Part shown: piece by piece, positions 1 to 10,700 of the stretch
How the letters are laid out: each line of letters begins with the position of its first letter
How positions within the stretch are numbered: position 1 is the first letter of the stretch
Source of the DNA: Monocercomonoides exilis PA203
Lineage: Eukaryota; Protista; Preaxostyla
DNA length: 64,000 nt
Assembly: GCA_001643675.2 (NCBI GenBank)
Contig: LSRY02000001.1
Coordinates: 1,302,001 to 1,366,000 of the forward strand
Direction: 5' to 3'
Notes under the pieces: generated by a model
Seen by the model: only the letters and a program-made list of their open reading frames with translations
Told to the model about the DNA's origin: nothing
Databases searched by the model: none
Position numbers and translations under genes: made by a program

Positions 1-39
1 GTACTCATTTTCTTTGATACGTCAGATGGAAATGCGAAC

Positions 40-3000
40 ATGAAAGAGTGTTGCTTTGAGGTGGCGAGTTCAGAAAGTGGATATCTTGATTATTCTCTGC
101 TTTATGCTCCAAAAGGAAACGTTTTTATTTGCAGCTCAAGAATTACCAATCTGAAGTCACAAAAGGAACTGATCACTATCACAACATTTTCTCAAATCGA
201 TTTATGGAATGCAACAGTGAGAGATGTGGAGTTGAAAGGAAAAAGTGTCATTTCCATTGAAGATGTGAGCCAGAAATGGAGAATTAAAGATAACGTTGAC
301 AATGAATGGAATATCATTGTCATCAAGTGTTCATTCGAACATATAAAGCAGAATAGATCTCAATACCCGTCGCTGATCGAATGGTCAGGAAACGGTGATG
401 CAAAGATGAAGATAGAAAACTCAACAATGACAGACTGCGGGTCTGAAGCTTCCAGCAAAGGAGGAGGAATTCTGTTCTGTCTGAGCGAAGGAGGACGGAT
501 GGAATGTGTGAATTCTCTTGTGCTGAGCTGTTTCTGCTCATCTTCTGGAAGAGGAGGCGGTCTGTATTTGAAAAGCTCATACGAAGGCGAGATGAAGCTG
601 CCTTTCATTCTTTCAGATGTGACATTTCTCGGAAACAAGGCTTTTCGCGGGAGAGATGTGTATGTGCAGTGCCAAACAATTCAAAAGCAGGTTGGAGAAG
701 AGCAGTTTATGTTGGATTTCAGATCACCCTTTGTGAAGGATCTGGCAATGTGGGGATGCTCAGAAGGTGGATATGCGACAGAGGAAGATTTGCTGCTGTT
801 GGTCGTTATATATCGAAGTGAAACAATCTTTGTTTCAGGCGCAACGATCAACAGTTCGAACACAAAGCAATGCGGCGAGATTGCTTCACCATGCTCATCT
901 CTGGATGTGGGTGCTCGCCACGTGATCGGAAGCCAATATTCACAGATTCTTGTGGAAAAAAGCACCACTCTGGAGAATGAGCTTGTTCTGAGAAGCGTTT
1001 CTGTAAAATCATTCAACAGCGAAATAAGCGCATCTGTGATAGTCGAAGGACTAATTGGAGGAAATGCGAAAAGTGTAATATCTGTGAAACAAAGCATCAC
1101 ATTCGAGCGAATTTGCTTCAATTTTGGAGAAATAATGAAAAGCGAACACAAATCCCTGATTCTTGCTGAAGACGGACGACTGAGACTGTATGTCGTTGAG
1201 TTCAGAAGAAAAGAATCCGAAAAATTTGTAGTTAAACCAGATGTTCCATTTTCTCTAGTTGAAGCAAAAGGTGGAAGCATCACATTCGACAGTTGCACGG
1301 TTTCTGATTTGTCTTTTCAGAATTGTCTGTTCCACTTTGCTGAAGTCAAAGAAATAAAGATGAGCGAATTGAATGCATCAAAGGTGATTGCGAAAAGAAG
1401 CATCATTGAATGCACTGAATGCGAAAGTGTGATGATTTCAAAGCAAAATGTTAATGAAGTGGATGTTGAGAGAGGAAGCTGGATGGAGTTGGCAGATTGT
1501 GAAAGCGGAACAGTCAATGTTTCGTTGGTTGAAATCAAAAACATAACAAATCAAGCAGACATATCAAGCGGAATGCACTTCAAGTCAACTTCATCGATGG
1601 TTGAACTCTCAAATTGCTCATTTGTGGGATGCAAGATTAATTCACATATCGGCAAAGCGATGATGATTGCCCAATGCAACAATGTTTTCATCAGTTCGTG
1701 CATATTAGATGGAGAAGCAAATTCAGGAGAAGAAAGAAAAACAAATGAGGAGAAGCTGTGCAGATGGAACGGTTCGCTCTTGGACACAAGCAGAAGCAAT
1801 GTTGTGATGAGGGATACAATCATCACAAATTCGTCAGTTGGCGGTCTGTCAATATCAAGTGGGAGCATGAAAATCGTGAAGGGAGAATTTATAGAGAACA
1901 ACCCGTCAATTGCAAATTACCCATCCGCTCGAAGAAATATTATGTGCAATGAATCTGGGATGTTGCACATTCAGAGCTTGAAAGATGGGGATGGATTGAA
2001 AGATAATTCCTCTCTGTGGATTTTGAATGAAGGCTGTGAGCTACAAGGAATAGCAGAAGAAAGATCTAATTCGCTGTTTATTCCAGTGCTAGGAAGCGTG
2101 GAAGCAGAAGAAACTGGTGATGAAATTGAGCTCATTTTCAAAGGTCAGCTGTTGCTCCCATGTGATTTATCATTCTGGGTTGCTTATAAAACCACTGACT
2201 CTGAGCTTGTTGAGGATTTTTCATTCGTAATTGAAGGATATGAAAGTGAGAATGAAGTCCATGGAAGAGTTTCGTCTTCACAGGTGCAAAACGCATCAAA
2301 CGAAACAGAAGTTTCAGTTGGAATATACTTTGGAAATCCAAAGAGTTCAACTGAGCCTTTCGTTCTGAAGAATAGAAGTGAAACAAAGGCAAAAGGAGAC
2401 GAAAGGATCGTTGAAGGTGGAAATGAGAAGAAGTCGTGGTGGGTTGTGATTGTGATTGTTATGGCAATTGTTCTTTTTGTTGTTTTGATGATTGCTGTGA
2501 TTTCTACTGTTCGCTGGAGAAAGCAAAAGAGAAGAACAGAAGAGCTGGAAGTGATTGTGGAAGACACAGTGAAGAAGGATCCGAAGCTGATTGAGATGGT
2601 GACGATGGAGATGTCGCCTGAGGAGCAATGGAGGAGAGCAGAGAGGGAGGCAGAGAAGAAGAATGAAGAGAGGATCCAGAAGAGGGTGTATGAAAAAAGT
2701 TTGGGACACTCAGAATCATCAGAGCATTTGTTGAGTGAGAGCGGTTCCACTGAATACATCTTGGGGAGAGACTCAGACAAGATCCCTGATTGGGTGTTGG
2801 AAAAGGAGGAGGAAGAAGAGGTGAGAAAGAGATCTCCTTCACCATCCATTTCATCCACTTCCACCACTTCGACAACTGATTCAGATTCGACATTTGTTCG
2901 GGGTGAGGATCTGTGTCCCACCACCTCGTCGATGTCAAATCTGGTGGATGCGATGGCATGTTCATCTCCTCATGAGAAGCTGATTGTGGATCTGAGGGAT

Positions 3001-3780
3001 TCATTGTTCATGCTGCTGCATGGAAGCAACAAGACAAAGGAGATGCTGATTGGATCCTTGAAGGAGAGGGAGCAGACAGCTGCTCAGATCCTGTTCTGGG
3101 TGGCTAATCTGGCACTCCATTCGTTTGATGAAATGGAAAATCCACTTCAGTCATTGGCCAGCCTGAGTCCGCATATTGTGTTGTTTTCTGAACACATGGT
3201 GATCTGCCTTGTGATGCGCTCTGACTTCTCATCGGATGATAGTTCAGATTCCTCATCGATCTCTTCATTACCTGTTGTCTCTTCTTCGTCGTCCAATATT
3301 TCAGTGATGAGCGAGAGATTCACAGACTCTCCACCTCCTTCATCTGCCTTTGAGGATGAGGACGATTTCAAAAAAGAGTGTCTGAGGTGGAAGGCGCCTG
3401 AGCTGTTGATCAACAAGAAGATGGGAGCAACAAAGGAATCAATTGCCTTTTCGATTGGGATGATGCTGTGGGAGTGCTTAGCTTTGGAGATCCCGTTTGG
3501 GGAGTATGAAGGTGTGGTGGCAGGGCAGAAGATAGTGAACGGAGAAAGACCGAATTTCAGAAAGGCTGAAGAATCAAAACTTCTTCAGTTGATACAAGCT
3601 TGTTTTGCACAAAACGGAGAAGACAGACCGACTTTGACACATCTCAAAAGAGAGTTCATTCAACTTTTCCCTCCAGGAGCTGCTGTGCTCACAATATCTG
3701 ATGCAATAGACTTGGAGGAATCAAGAGAAGGCAATGACCAATCCACCACTGGTTATTCGTCAATTGTATCAAGAAATTGA
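40..3780 (+). CDS. Receptor-like surface protein: Cys-rich beta-helix/pectin-lyase-like ectodomain, one TM helix, degenerate C-terminal kinase-like (pseudokinase) domain; probably 5'-truncated by the window edge
   Basis: 1246-aa ORF with GGG(I/L) repeats and CG...PC motifs, TM segment WWVVIVIVMAIVLFVVLMIAVISTV followed by RWRKQKRR. C-terminal LRWKAPELL...FSIGMMLWECLALEIPF...ERP...DRPT corresponds to kinase subdomains VIII-XI, with no HRD/DFG. The frame is open back to the window start. Confidence 0.8.
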   Translation: MKECCFEVASSESGYLDYSLLYAPKGNVFICSSRITNLKSQKELITITTFSQIDLWNATVRDVELKGKSVISIEDVSQKWRIKDNVDNEWNIIVIKCSFEHIKQNRSQYPSLIEWSGNGDAKMKIENSTMTDCGSEASSKGGGILFCLSEGGRMECVNSLVLSCFCSSSGRGGGLYLKSSYEGEMKLPFILSDVTFLGNKAFRGRDVYVQCQTIQKQVGEEQFMLDFRSPFVKDLAMWGCSEGGYATEEDLLLLVVIYRSETIFVSGATINSSNTKQCGEIASPCSSLDVGARHVIGSQYSQILVEKSTTLENELVLRSVSVKSFNSEISASVIVEGLIGGNAKSVISVKQSITFERICFNFGEIMKSEHKSLILAEDGRLRLYVVEFRRKESEKFVVKPDVPFSLVEAKGGSITFDSCTVSDLSFQNCLFHFAEVKEIKMSELNASKVIAKRSIIECTECESVMISKQNVNEVDVERGSWMELADCESGTVNVSLVEIKNITNQADISSGMHFKSTSSMVELSNCSFVGCKINSHIGKAMMIAQCNNVFISSCILDGEANSGEERKTNEEKLCRWNGSLLDTSRSNVVMRDTIITNSSVGGLSISSGSMKIVKGEFIENNPSIANYPSARRNIMCNESGMLHIQSLKDGDGLKDNSSLWILNEGCELQGIAEERSNSLFIPVLGSVEAEETGDEIELIFKGQLLLPCDLSFWVAYKTTDSELVEDFSFVIEGYESENEVHGRVSSSQVQNASNETEVSVGIYFGNPKSSTEPFVLKNRSETKAKGDERIVEGGNEKKSWWVVIVIVMAIVLFVVLMIAVISTVRWRKQKRRTEELEVIVEDTVKKDPKLIEMVTMEMSPEEQWRRAEREAEKKNEERIQKRVYEKSLGHSESSEHLLSESGSTEYILGRDSDKIPDWVLEKEEEEEVRKRSPSPSISSTSTTSTTDSDSTFVRGEDLCPTTSSMSNLVDAMACSSPHEKLIVDLRDSLFMLLHGSNKTKEMLIGSLKEREQTAAQILFWVANLALHSFDEMENPLQSLASLSPHIVLFSEHMVICLVMRSDFSSDDSSDSSSISSLPVVSSSSSNISVMSERFTDSPPPSSAFEDEDDFKKECLRWKAPELLINKKMGATKESIAFSIGMMLWECLALEIPFGEYEGVVAGQKIVNGERPNFRKAEESKLLQLIQACFAQNGEDRPTLTHLKREFIQLFPPGAAVLTISDAIDLEESREGNDQSTTGYSSIVSRN

Positions 3781-4349
3781 ACAACTGAGAATAGTTGATG
3801 TGAGATCCAATGTATTCGCATCAAATGCGTCATTTGTTTCTTTTTATCATTTTTCAGTTTTTTGCTGTTCGGCACATTAGATTTTATGTTTTTCTCTCTC
3901 ACTTCAAATGGCTGTTTTCGAAAGGAATCGGCCAGCACGTGAACAAGCTACCACTTGAATATATAGTAATTTCATTGACTTTTCTTTTGGCTTTCTCTAA
4001 TATTCGGAATTAATAATCACAAATAATTATAACATGTTTTTTGAAATTTCATTCAAATTCGTATTGCAAACCTAAAAAAAATAGCATGAGTATTTGCTTC
4101 GCAGGAGCATTTTGTAATATGTCTTTAATCTATAATGTCATTCTGGATATAGCTTTAAATTCAGTTTTACATGTTTTCAGAAATAAAAAAAACTCTCCAC
4201 ACTCAAAGATATGTAGCTCATTATAAAAAATTGCTTCAGTGATTCTGTTCATGAATACGAATGTATGCATATTTTTCTGTTTTCTCACATTCGCTGTTTC
4301 CTTCTGAACATTCTCGTTCCATTGAAACGACCAAAAAAGAATTGAACAA

Positions 4350-6383
4350 ATGAATGCTATGGGCATGATCAACATAATGGCTGCTGTATCAAGCGATGCA
4401 GAAGGAAAGCAAGTGGCGCAAGGATTTATCCTGAAGCCGCCCAAAGGGATGCAAGATATCGAACCAAATGAAATGGCCAAGCGGGACTGGGTGCTGAACA
4501 CGATTGAATCTGTTTTCAAAAAGCATTCGATACCGAAGCTGGACACGCCGGTGATGGAGCGGCGGGAAATCCTATATGCAAAGGCGAGCGAAGAGACGAC
4601 GAAGCAGATCTACGATATTGTGCCGAGGGTGGAGGGGAACGAGGACGAGAAAGAAGCGAAAGAAGGCGGTGCTCTGGAGCACGAGCGGCTGGCGCTGCGG
4701 TTTGACCTGACAGTGTCGCTTGCGCGATATGTGGCGCAGCACAATCTGCGGTCGTTTGCGCGGTACCAGTATGGGAAGGTGTACCGGGGAGAGAACGTGT
4801 CGAAGGCGAAAGGGCGGTTCAGAGAGTTCATGCAGTTCGACTTCGACATGATCGGGGTGGAGATGCCCGACTTCCCCGACATCCGCACGATCCTTATCCT
4901 GGCAGAGATATTCCAGGCGCTGTCGCTCACGCCGACATTCACGATCTTCCTGAACCACCGAGTGCTTCTGCGGGCGCTGATGGGTGTGTGCGGGGTGCAG
5001 CCGGAGCTTCAGATGACGTGCTGCAGCAGTATCGACAAGCTGGACAAGCTGCCGTGGGCGAAGGTGGAGGAGGAGCTGATTGGGAAAGGGGTGAACAAGG
5101 AAGCGGTGAGCAAGCTGGAGTTTTTGGATCAATTTGCAATCAGGCCGAATGTTGCACAGCCTGTCACTCCGGGTGAAGGAGCACCCACCACAAAATTCTC
5201 GGAAACGTTGCACAAACAATTCCTGGAAACGCTCGAAAAAGTGGAAAAGATGATTCTCGACTCGCCGTTTTATCAGAACGAGAAAGAGAACGATGAAAGT
5301 GCCTCCTCATCTTCAAGCAGCACAGCGGGATCAGATGCTCCATCGGCGCAGCCACTTTTGGCGTTTCCTCAGCGAAGCGAAGTTGTGGCAGCGATTGGCA
5401 CGCTTCGGAAGGTTTATGGTGTTGTGTCGAGCACAGCGCTTCCGTTGTGCCTGTGCTTCAACCCGTCTCTGGCGAGAGGGCACGACTACTACACAGGGCT
5501 GATCTTCGAAGGGTGCTTCTGGGACGCTGCAACGGGGATGAGCTCGCAGGGCACGTGTGTTGGAGGTGGGCGGTACGACAAGCTGATTGGGATTCTGTCG
5601 CCGTCGCTGGGGAACATACCGGCCATTGGGTTTGGGATTGGGTTTGAGAGGCTGGTGGCGCTGGTGACAGAGGAGCGGCTGAGAGAGGCAGGGGTGCTGG
5701 GAAGAGGGAAGGCGGATGTGATGGTTGCACCAATCGGCTTTTCGAAAGAGGAGGTTGGGGGCGCAGAGGTGCTTGGGGCGCTGTTCAGGGCAGAGATGAG
5801 GCTGGCTGCGAGTGGGCTGCGAGTGGAGCTGTGGAAGAGCACAAACTGCAACACGAAGCAGATCATTCCGGAGTGTGTGCGGCAGGAGATAGCAGTGCTT
5901 GTGCAGATGGGGCAGAGAGAAGTGGAGGAAGGAACAGTTGTGGCAAAGCGCGTGGAAGAGCGAAAGAAGAATGTCCCTGGCGGAGGAAAGGGGAAGAAGC
6001 CTCAAGAAAGTAAAGAGAATGCAGAGGGTTCTGCTTCTCAGTCATCATCTGCATCGTCTTCTTTGACTCCATCCTCTTCTTCAACGCCTTCAGATAGTGT
6101 ACAGGCGGAGAAGGCAGAGGAAGTGAAGATGAAGACATTCTCGCTGGAAGACAAAGAGCTTATTGAGCAGATCAGGGTGTGGATGGTTGTGGCAGAGCGA
6201 GAAAGGAAAGAGAGGGAAATTGCAGAAAGAGAGCAGAAAGAAAAGGAAGCAGCAGAGCTGGCCAAAAAAGAAGCAAAAAGAAGAGAGAAAGAAAGAAGAA
6301 GGGAGCAGGCAAAAGCAAAAGAGGCAGAACAAAAAGAAGCCGCACAAAAAGAGGCAGCACAGCAAGAAGCAAAAGAAGAATAG
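4350..6383 (+). CDS. HARS: Histidyl-tRNA synthetase (class II), intronless, with a charged C-terminal extension
   Basis: Motifs KPPKGMQD, LALRFDLTVSLARY, GKVYRGE...GRFREFMQFDFD, LARGHDYYTGLIFE, GGGRYDKL, GFGIGFERL. Ends in TAG. The start could be a slightly downstream ATG. Confidence 0.96.
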   Translation: MNAMGMINIMAAVSSDAEGKQVAQGFILKPPKGMQDIEPNEMAKRDWVLNTIESVFKKHSIPKLDTPVMERREILYAKASEETTKQIYDIVPRVEGNEDEKEAKEGGALEHERLALRFDLTVSLARYVAQHNLRSFARYQYGKVYRGENVSKAKGRFREFMQFDFDMIGVEMPDFPDIRTILILAEIFQALSLTPTFTIFLNHRVLLRALMGVCGVQPELQMTCCSSIDKLDKLPWAKVEEELIGKGVNKEAVSKLEFLDQFAIRPNVAQPVTPGEGAPTTKFSETLHKQFLETLEKVEKMILDSPFYQNEKENDESASSSSSSTAGSDAPSAQPLLAFPQRSEVVAAIGTLRKVYGVVSSTALPLCLCFNPSLARGHDYYTGLIFEGCFWDAATGMSSQGTCVGGGRYDKLIGILSPSLGNIPAIGFGIGFERLVALVTEERLREAGVLGRGKADVMVAPIGFSKEEVGGAEVLGALFRAEMRLAASGLRVELWKSTNCNTKQIIPECVRQEIAVLVQMGQREVEEGTVVAKRVEERKKNVPGGGKGKKPQESKENAEGSASQSSSASSSLTPSSSSTPSDSVQAEKAEEVKMKTFSLEDKELIEQIRVWMVVAERERKEREIAEREQKEKEAAELAKKEAKRREKERRREQAKAKEAEQKEAAQKEAAQQEAKEE

Positions 6384-6801
6384 AATGCCATTTGGAAATC
6401 ACTTCATTTGAAAGAACCGGAAATATTCATTTCGCATTTTTTATTCAATCAATATTTTCAAAAAATTCTTTTTTCACATTTAATTTAAGCATAATTCAGA
6501 TATCTTAATAGCATGTAGATAATTGTTAATAACATAAAATGCAAATAGCAAATGAAAAAATATATTGTTAATATATCATCAAAATCGAATAAAGGATACG
6601 TGAAGCAAACTACCAAAATTAGAATCATTTTCAACTTTCAAAATTTTAAAAAAATAAACATAAACATTTTATAAAGAGCAATATCAAAAATTCTAAGATT
6701 CGAATTTGTGGAAGATTTCAATTACATAACATCTTTTAACTAAATAATGGTAAACCAGTTTTGATCAATCCCCTAATGTAATAATAAAGTCAATTTTCAA
6801 G

Positions 6802-6809
6802 TATATATA
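6802..6809 (+). promoter_or_regulatory. TATA-like element upstream of the SRP RNA gene
   Basis: TATATATA ~26-33 nt upstream of the predicted RNA start; weak evidence in AT-rich DNA. Confidence 0.35.
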
Positions 6810-6834
6810 CAAAATTTTGACAATGTTGTAATTC

Positions 6835-7137
6835 GGAGGTGGTAGTTGCGCGCCACTGTCAGGGTAGCCTGCCCTCCATGTGGGTTGTGGGAATGGTGCT
6901 GGGTTGTTTCAATCCCAGTGTTGGTTGCGTTGAAGATTTGCCCCTCGGTAAGCAGTGTCAACATAGGCGCGTGACTGGAAAGACACGTGGCTTTGTTGTT
7001 AAAGAGCGATGAACCGCGTCAGGCAGGAAACTGAGCAGCGCAAAGTTGCCTCATTGCAGCTTGAGGGAAGACAGATTTGAGCAATCGGATTGGGTCTTTG
7101 GGCAGCCTTCATGTAGGATGACTGCAGTTCTTTTTTT
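6835..7137 (+). ncRNA. Signal recognition particle RNA (7SL-like)
   Basis: ~300-nt GC-rich island. Helix 8 GAACC-GCGTCAGGCAG-GAAA-CTGAGCAGCGC (7011-7041) carries the CAGG/GNRA/AGCAG SRP54-binding signature. A helix-6-like hairpin lies at 6966-6991, a UGUNR-like TGTCA near the 5' Alu region, and a 3' oligo-T. Confidence 0.9.
7131..7137 (+). terminator. RNA polymerase III oligo-T terminator
   Basis: T7 directly after the GC-rich SRP RNA body. Confidence 0.65.
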
Positions 7138-7767
7138 GTCAAATTTTGGAGTTTCATTTGTTTCATTATTGTTGAAAATGCTTAATAAATTTTGTTAATT
7201 ATTTCATGCGAGCTGTTGATTGGAAAGTTTTCTGTTCATTTAGGCTTGAAATGGTAACTGTATTTCGATTTTCTTTTTGAATCAGTTAATTCAATTCTCT
7301 ATTTTTGCGAAATGGTCGCATTTTGCATTCTCTCATTATTTCTTTTTTATCAAATTTCTCGATGAAAACAGAAATAGTTCGGATTTTTATGAGAGATCAA
7401 AAAGAATCCAATCTATAAGAGAGATAATTTTGTCGCATTGTTGATGAATTTGAACAACATGTTTAAGCTTTTTCATATTTTTTGGTTTTATTAGATTTAT
7501 TCAATTCGTAGATGGTCAGATCATTGCGTTCAAAACGATTTTTTCACATTTTTTTATTTTTAAAGATATATTTCAGCCAATCAATCCAATAATCCAAAAG
7601 TTAATTTCAACATTCAATTTCTACCCAATAGAAACAGCAATTATAATTATCTTTGTCTTTTTTTAACGATAACAAAAATTTAAATATTTTTTGTCTAAAC
7701 AATCATTTAAACCAATCTCACAAAAACAAACATTCACAATAAATGTAACTGATACAGATGCATTTCA

Positions 7768-10700
7768 TCAAAAAGTAAACAGCATTTCAATTTCTCTTTG
7801 AACAAGAGAAACTAGAGAAGTATCATCATAAATGCTCTCAAAAGAGCTTGATTCACTGCTAGAATCTTCATCTTCTTCATCCCTCCCGTTAACTTTTTCA
7901 AAAGTCGAAGGAATATTTTCTTTGTTATTGCAAGAAGAATATGACTTCACTTGATCGCGCAAAATATTTGAATTTGTTCTATTGCTGCAAGCAGCATTTT
8001 GCAATGATTTCGAAGAGCTTACTGGTGTAAATATCTTTGAAAACAGACTCTTCCAAGATGCATTCCCTGTTCGTATTTCCTGGAGGCATCGAACAAATGA
8101 AGATGTTGATATCTGAACAAGCCGAGGTGTAAGAACCTGGCCTGTGGTTTCCTTCAGCTTCGATCTTGCGTTCCGCAGCAGCATTGAAGGAGAAGATGAA
8201 CTGACAATCGTGTGGAATGGAAGACTTGACTCTGGTGTTGGAACATATGGATATGAGAACCTGGTGAGCGGGCGTGCAAGGCTGTCAAGTGTGAGTGTCG
8301 GCGTTCGAGCAAACGATGTTGAATGAGATGAAAATCGAGACCATGTTGTGAAAGAATTGGATCCAGAAATGATTTGTGAAGACTGAGAAGCAGAAGAAGG
8401 TGATCCAATGCCCGAAAAGGATGGCACCTGATTTGGTGATAAAGTTGGTGAGAAAGCATTCGGTTTAGCAGTAGATGAGACAAGCGGAGATAGTTGTTGA
8501 TTCTGCAGCACGTTTGAAGCGTTCATGTTTTGCATCCGGGAAAGGCTTGTTTGCAATTCATCTTCTCTTTCAATGTTCGTCAGCAGAAATCCCTTGTACT
8601 GCTTTGGCTTGTAGTGTGCCTTTGACATGCGAGGCGGGAAAAGAGGATGAGTAAATGCAACGGGGTCTTCGTCGATAATCTCAAGAGATATCCCGACTCT
8701 GTCAAATGGACTGTTTGCCATCTGAACAGCGATGGCGTGGCAGGCAGACAGCGATGGAGGAAACACGAGAGGGATATGGGCAACTGTGGCTGTGGCAATA
8801 GACTCGAACAGATGGGCAAATAAGTGCGATGAAAGAGATGATGATGTCTGATTTAATAGAGCAGATTGAGTTTGTGAGCAGAGTGTAACATCAGCATCAA
8901 GTGAAGACTCAAGCGAAGCAGATGAAAGTGATGTTTGAGACGAGACAGAAGAAGCAGAATCAGAGGGAACTTCAAAAAGCGTAGGGGAATATTCAGAAGA
9001 AGTCTCTGAGGAGTCGCATGTTGACGAGGAAGAGGCAGATGTAGATGTTGATGTCTCGCTGTCTGATTCTGTGTCTTCGGCCTTTCGTCTGCCTCTGGCT
9101 TTGGTAGCACCCTTCTTTAGATGCAAATTCGAAATTGATGTACGATTGTCTTGATTTCTGTTTATTGTGAACTTTTCATTTCTTTGCAGAGCATTATTTG
9201 TGTAAATGCCATTTTGCATCTGTCGATCTTGAATTATTGATTCAGATTTTGTATTGACGTTGTTTGCATTGTTATTTTGACGAAGCGAAAACGAATCTGA
9301 TTTTGTGCGAGTGGAACGCTGTCCATTAAGATTCTCGCTATTTACCGAAGATAACTTTTTGTCGATTGGCTGAGGGGAAACAGTTCCAACTTTAAGCATC
9401 AAATTCTGTTCATAAGATCCGCTTTGGCAAGTGGCTGACGCATCTGATGCTACATTCTTTGGAGAAAGTAATGATCCGCTTTGTGTTCGCACGAGTGATT
9501 GAGGAGATGAATTGTTTAATGACAATCCATTCGACGTATTTGGAATGCGCATCATCTCTTCTTGTGCAGTCTTTGTGAATCGAGCGCTTGCATTTTGCTT
9601 TGCCTCAATCGTCGCATCAGCTGTCAATGGCTTATCCCACCCCATCTCCTTCTTCATCATATCACCGTACCAATCAAACCAGTTGCGCTTCATAGTGATT
9701 GGTGCGTTGCGAGATTCCCTTACACAAATAAGTGGATCGAGCACAGAATAATCTTTCTCTGTTTGCTTTGTTTGGGCTGTTGAATTTCCCGTTTCAGTTT
9801 TATAGCACGTTGTGCAAAATGGATCAGAAGAGAAGCGAATGAAAAGCGCTCCGCTTTCTTTGTTTTGAACACACTGAGGGGGAAGAGAAGTGTTTTGGAT
9901 GCTGTTCTGCGAGCGTGTTGGCAGAAAGCGATAAGACGAGGGAGGCGAGCTTGGAGATGAGGTTGATGCCATTTCAGATGACGTGACGATTCTGTGCGGA
10001 ATAAACGACTGTGACTGCAGTGGTGTTGGAGCTTGAAGACGAGTCTCGTCCTTCGCTGGCTGGTTGTCTTCCATCTGCTCTTTCTGCAGCTGAGTCAGAC
10101 GAAGCATCCAGTCGCTTATACGACTGTATTCGTGCTGCTTCCACTTCTTCTCTTCTCTCATTGTGTCCAGAAGATACGATGACGATGCCACATTTCGAGA
10201 GAGATGTGTATTGCCTTTAGAAAGGCTTGTATAACCAGAAGCAGCTTTGCTCCTGTTGTCCTTTGACACAAACACACCATCTGATGTTCGTTCCGTGGTG
10301 ATAAATGATGAGGAATGCGGAAGACGATACTGATGAGGAGAAGAATATGACGATGATCTGGATCGTGTTGCTGTTGTTGCTGCTGTTGCATTGCTAGCGA
10401 TTCCGCTATTTGCTCTCTTCATTTCCAAGCTTTTTCGAGAGTTCCATAAAAGCCGATTGACTTTTCGAGGAGCCTGTTTTTTCTGTGCTTTCTTTTTGAG
10501 CATGTTAATCAGGTTTGTCTGAAAGTGGTCGGTTGGATCTACATCCTGAACGAGAGATGCTGTGTCTACGCTTACAAAGGGAGCTGGGAAAAGAGCATCC
10601 TGAAGCATCGCAGCAGCATCTGTGATTCTTCTATTCCGGTGCAATGAGGAATGGCCTGTTGATAATCGTGGCTGGGGTGTTAGTGTTGTCAGCTTTTGGT

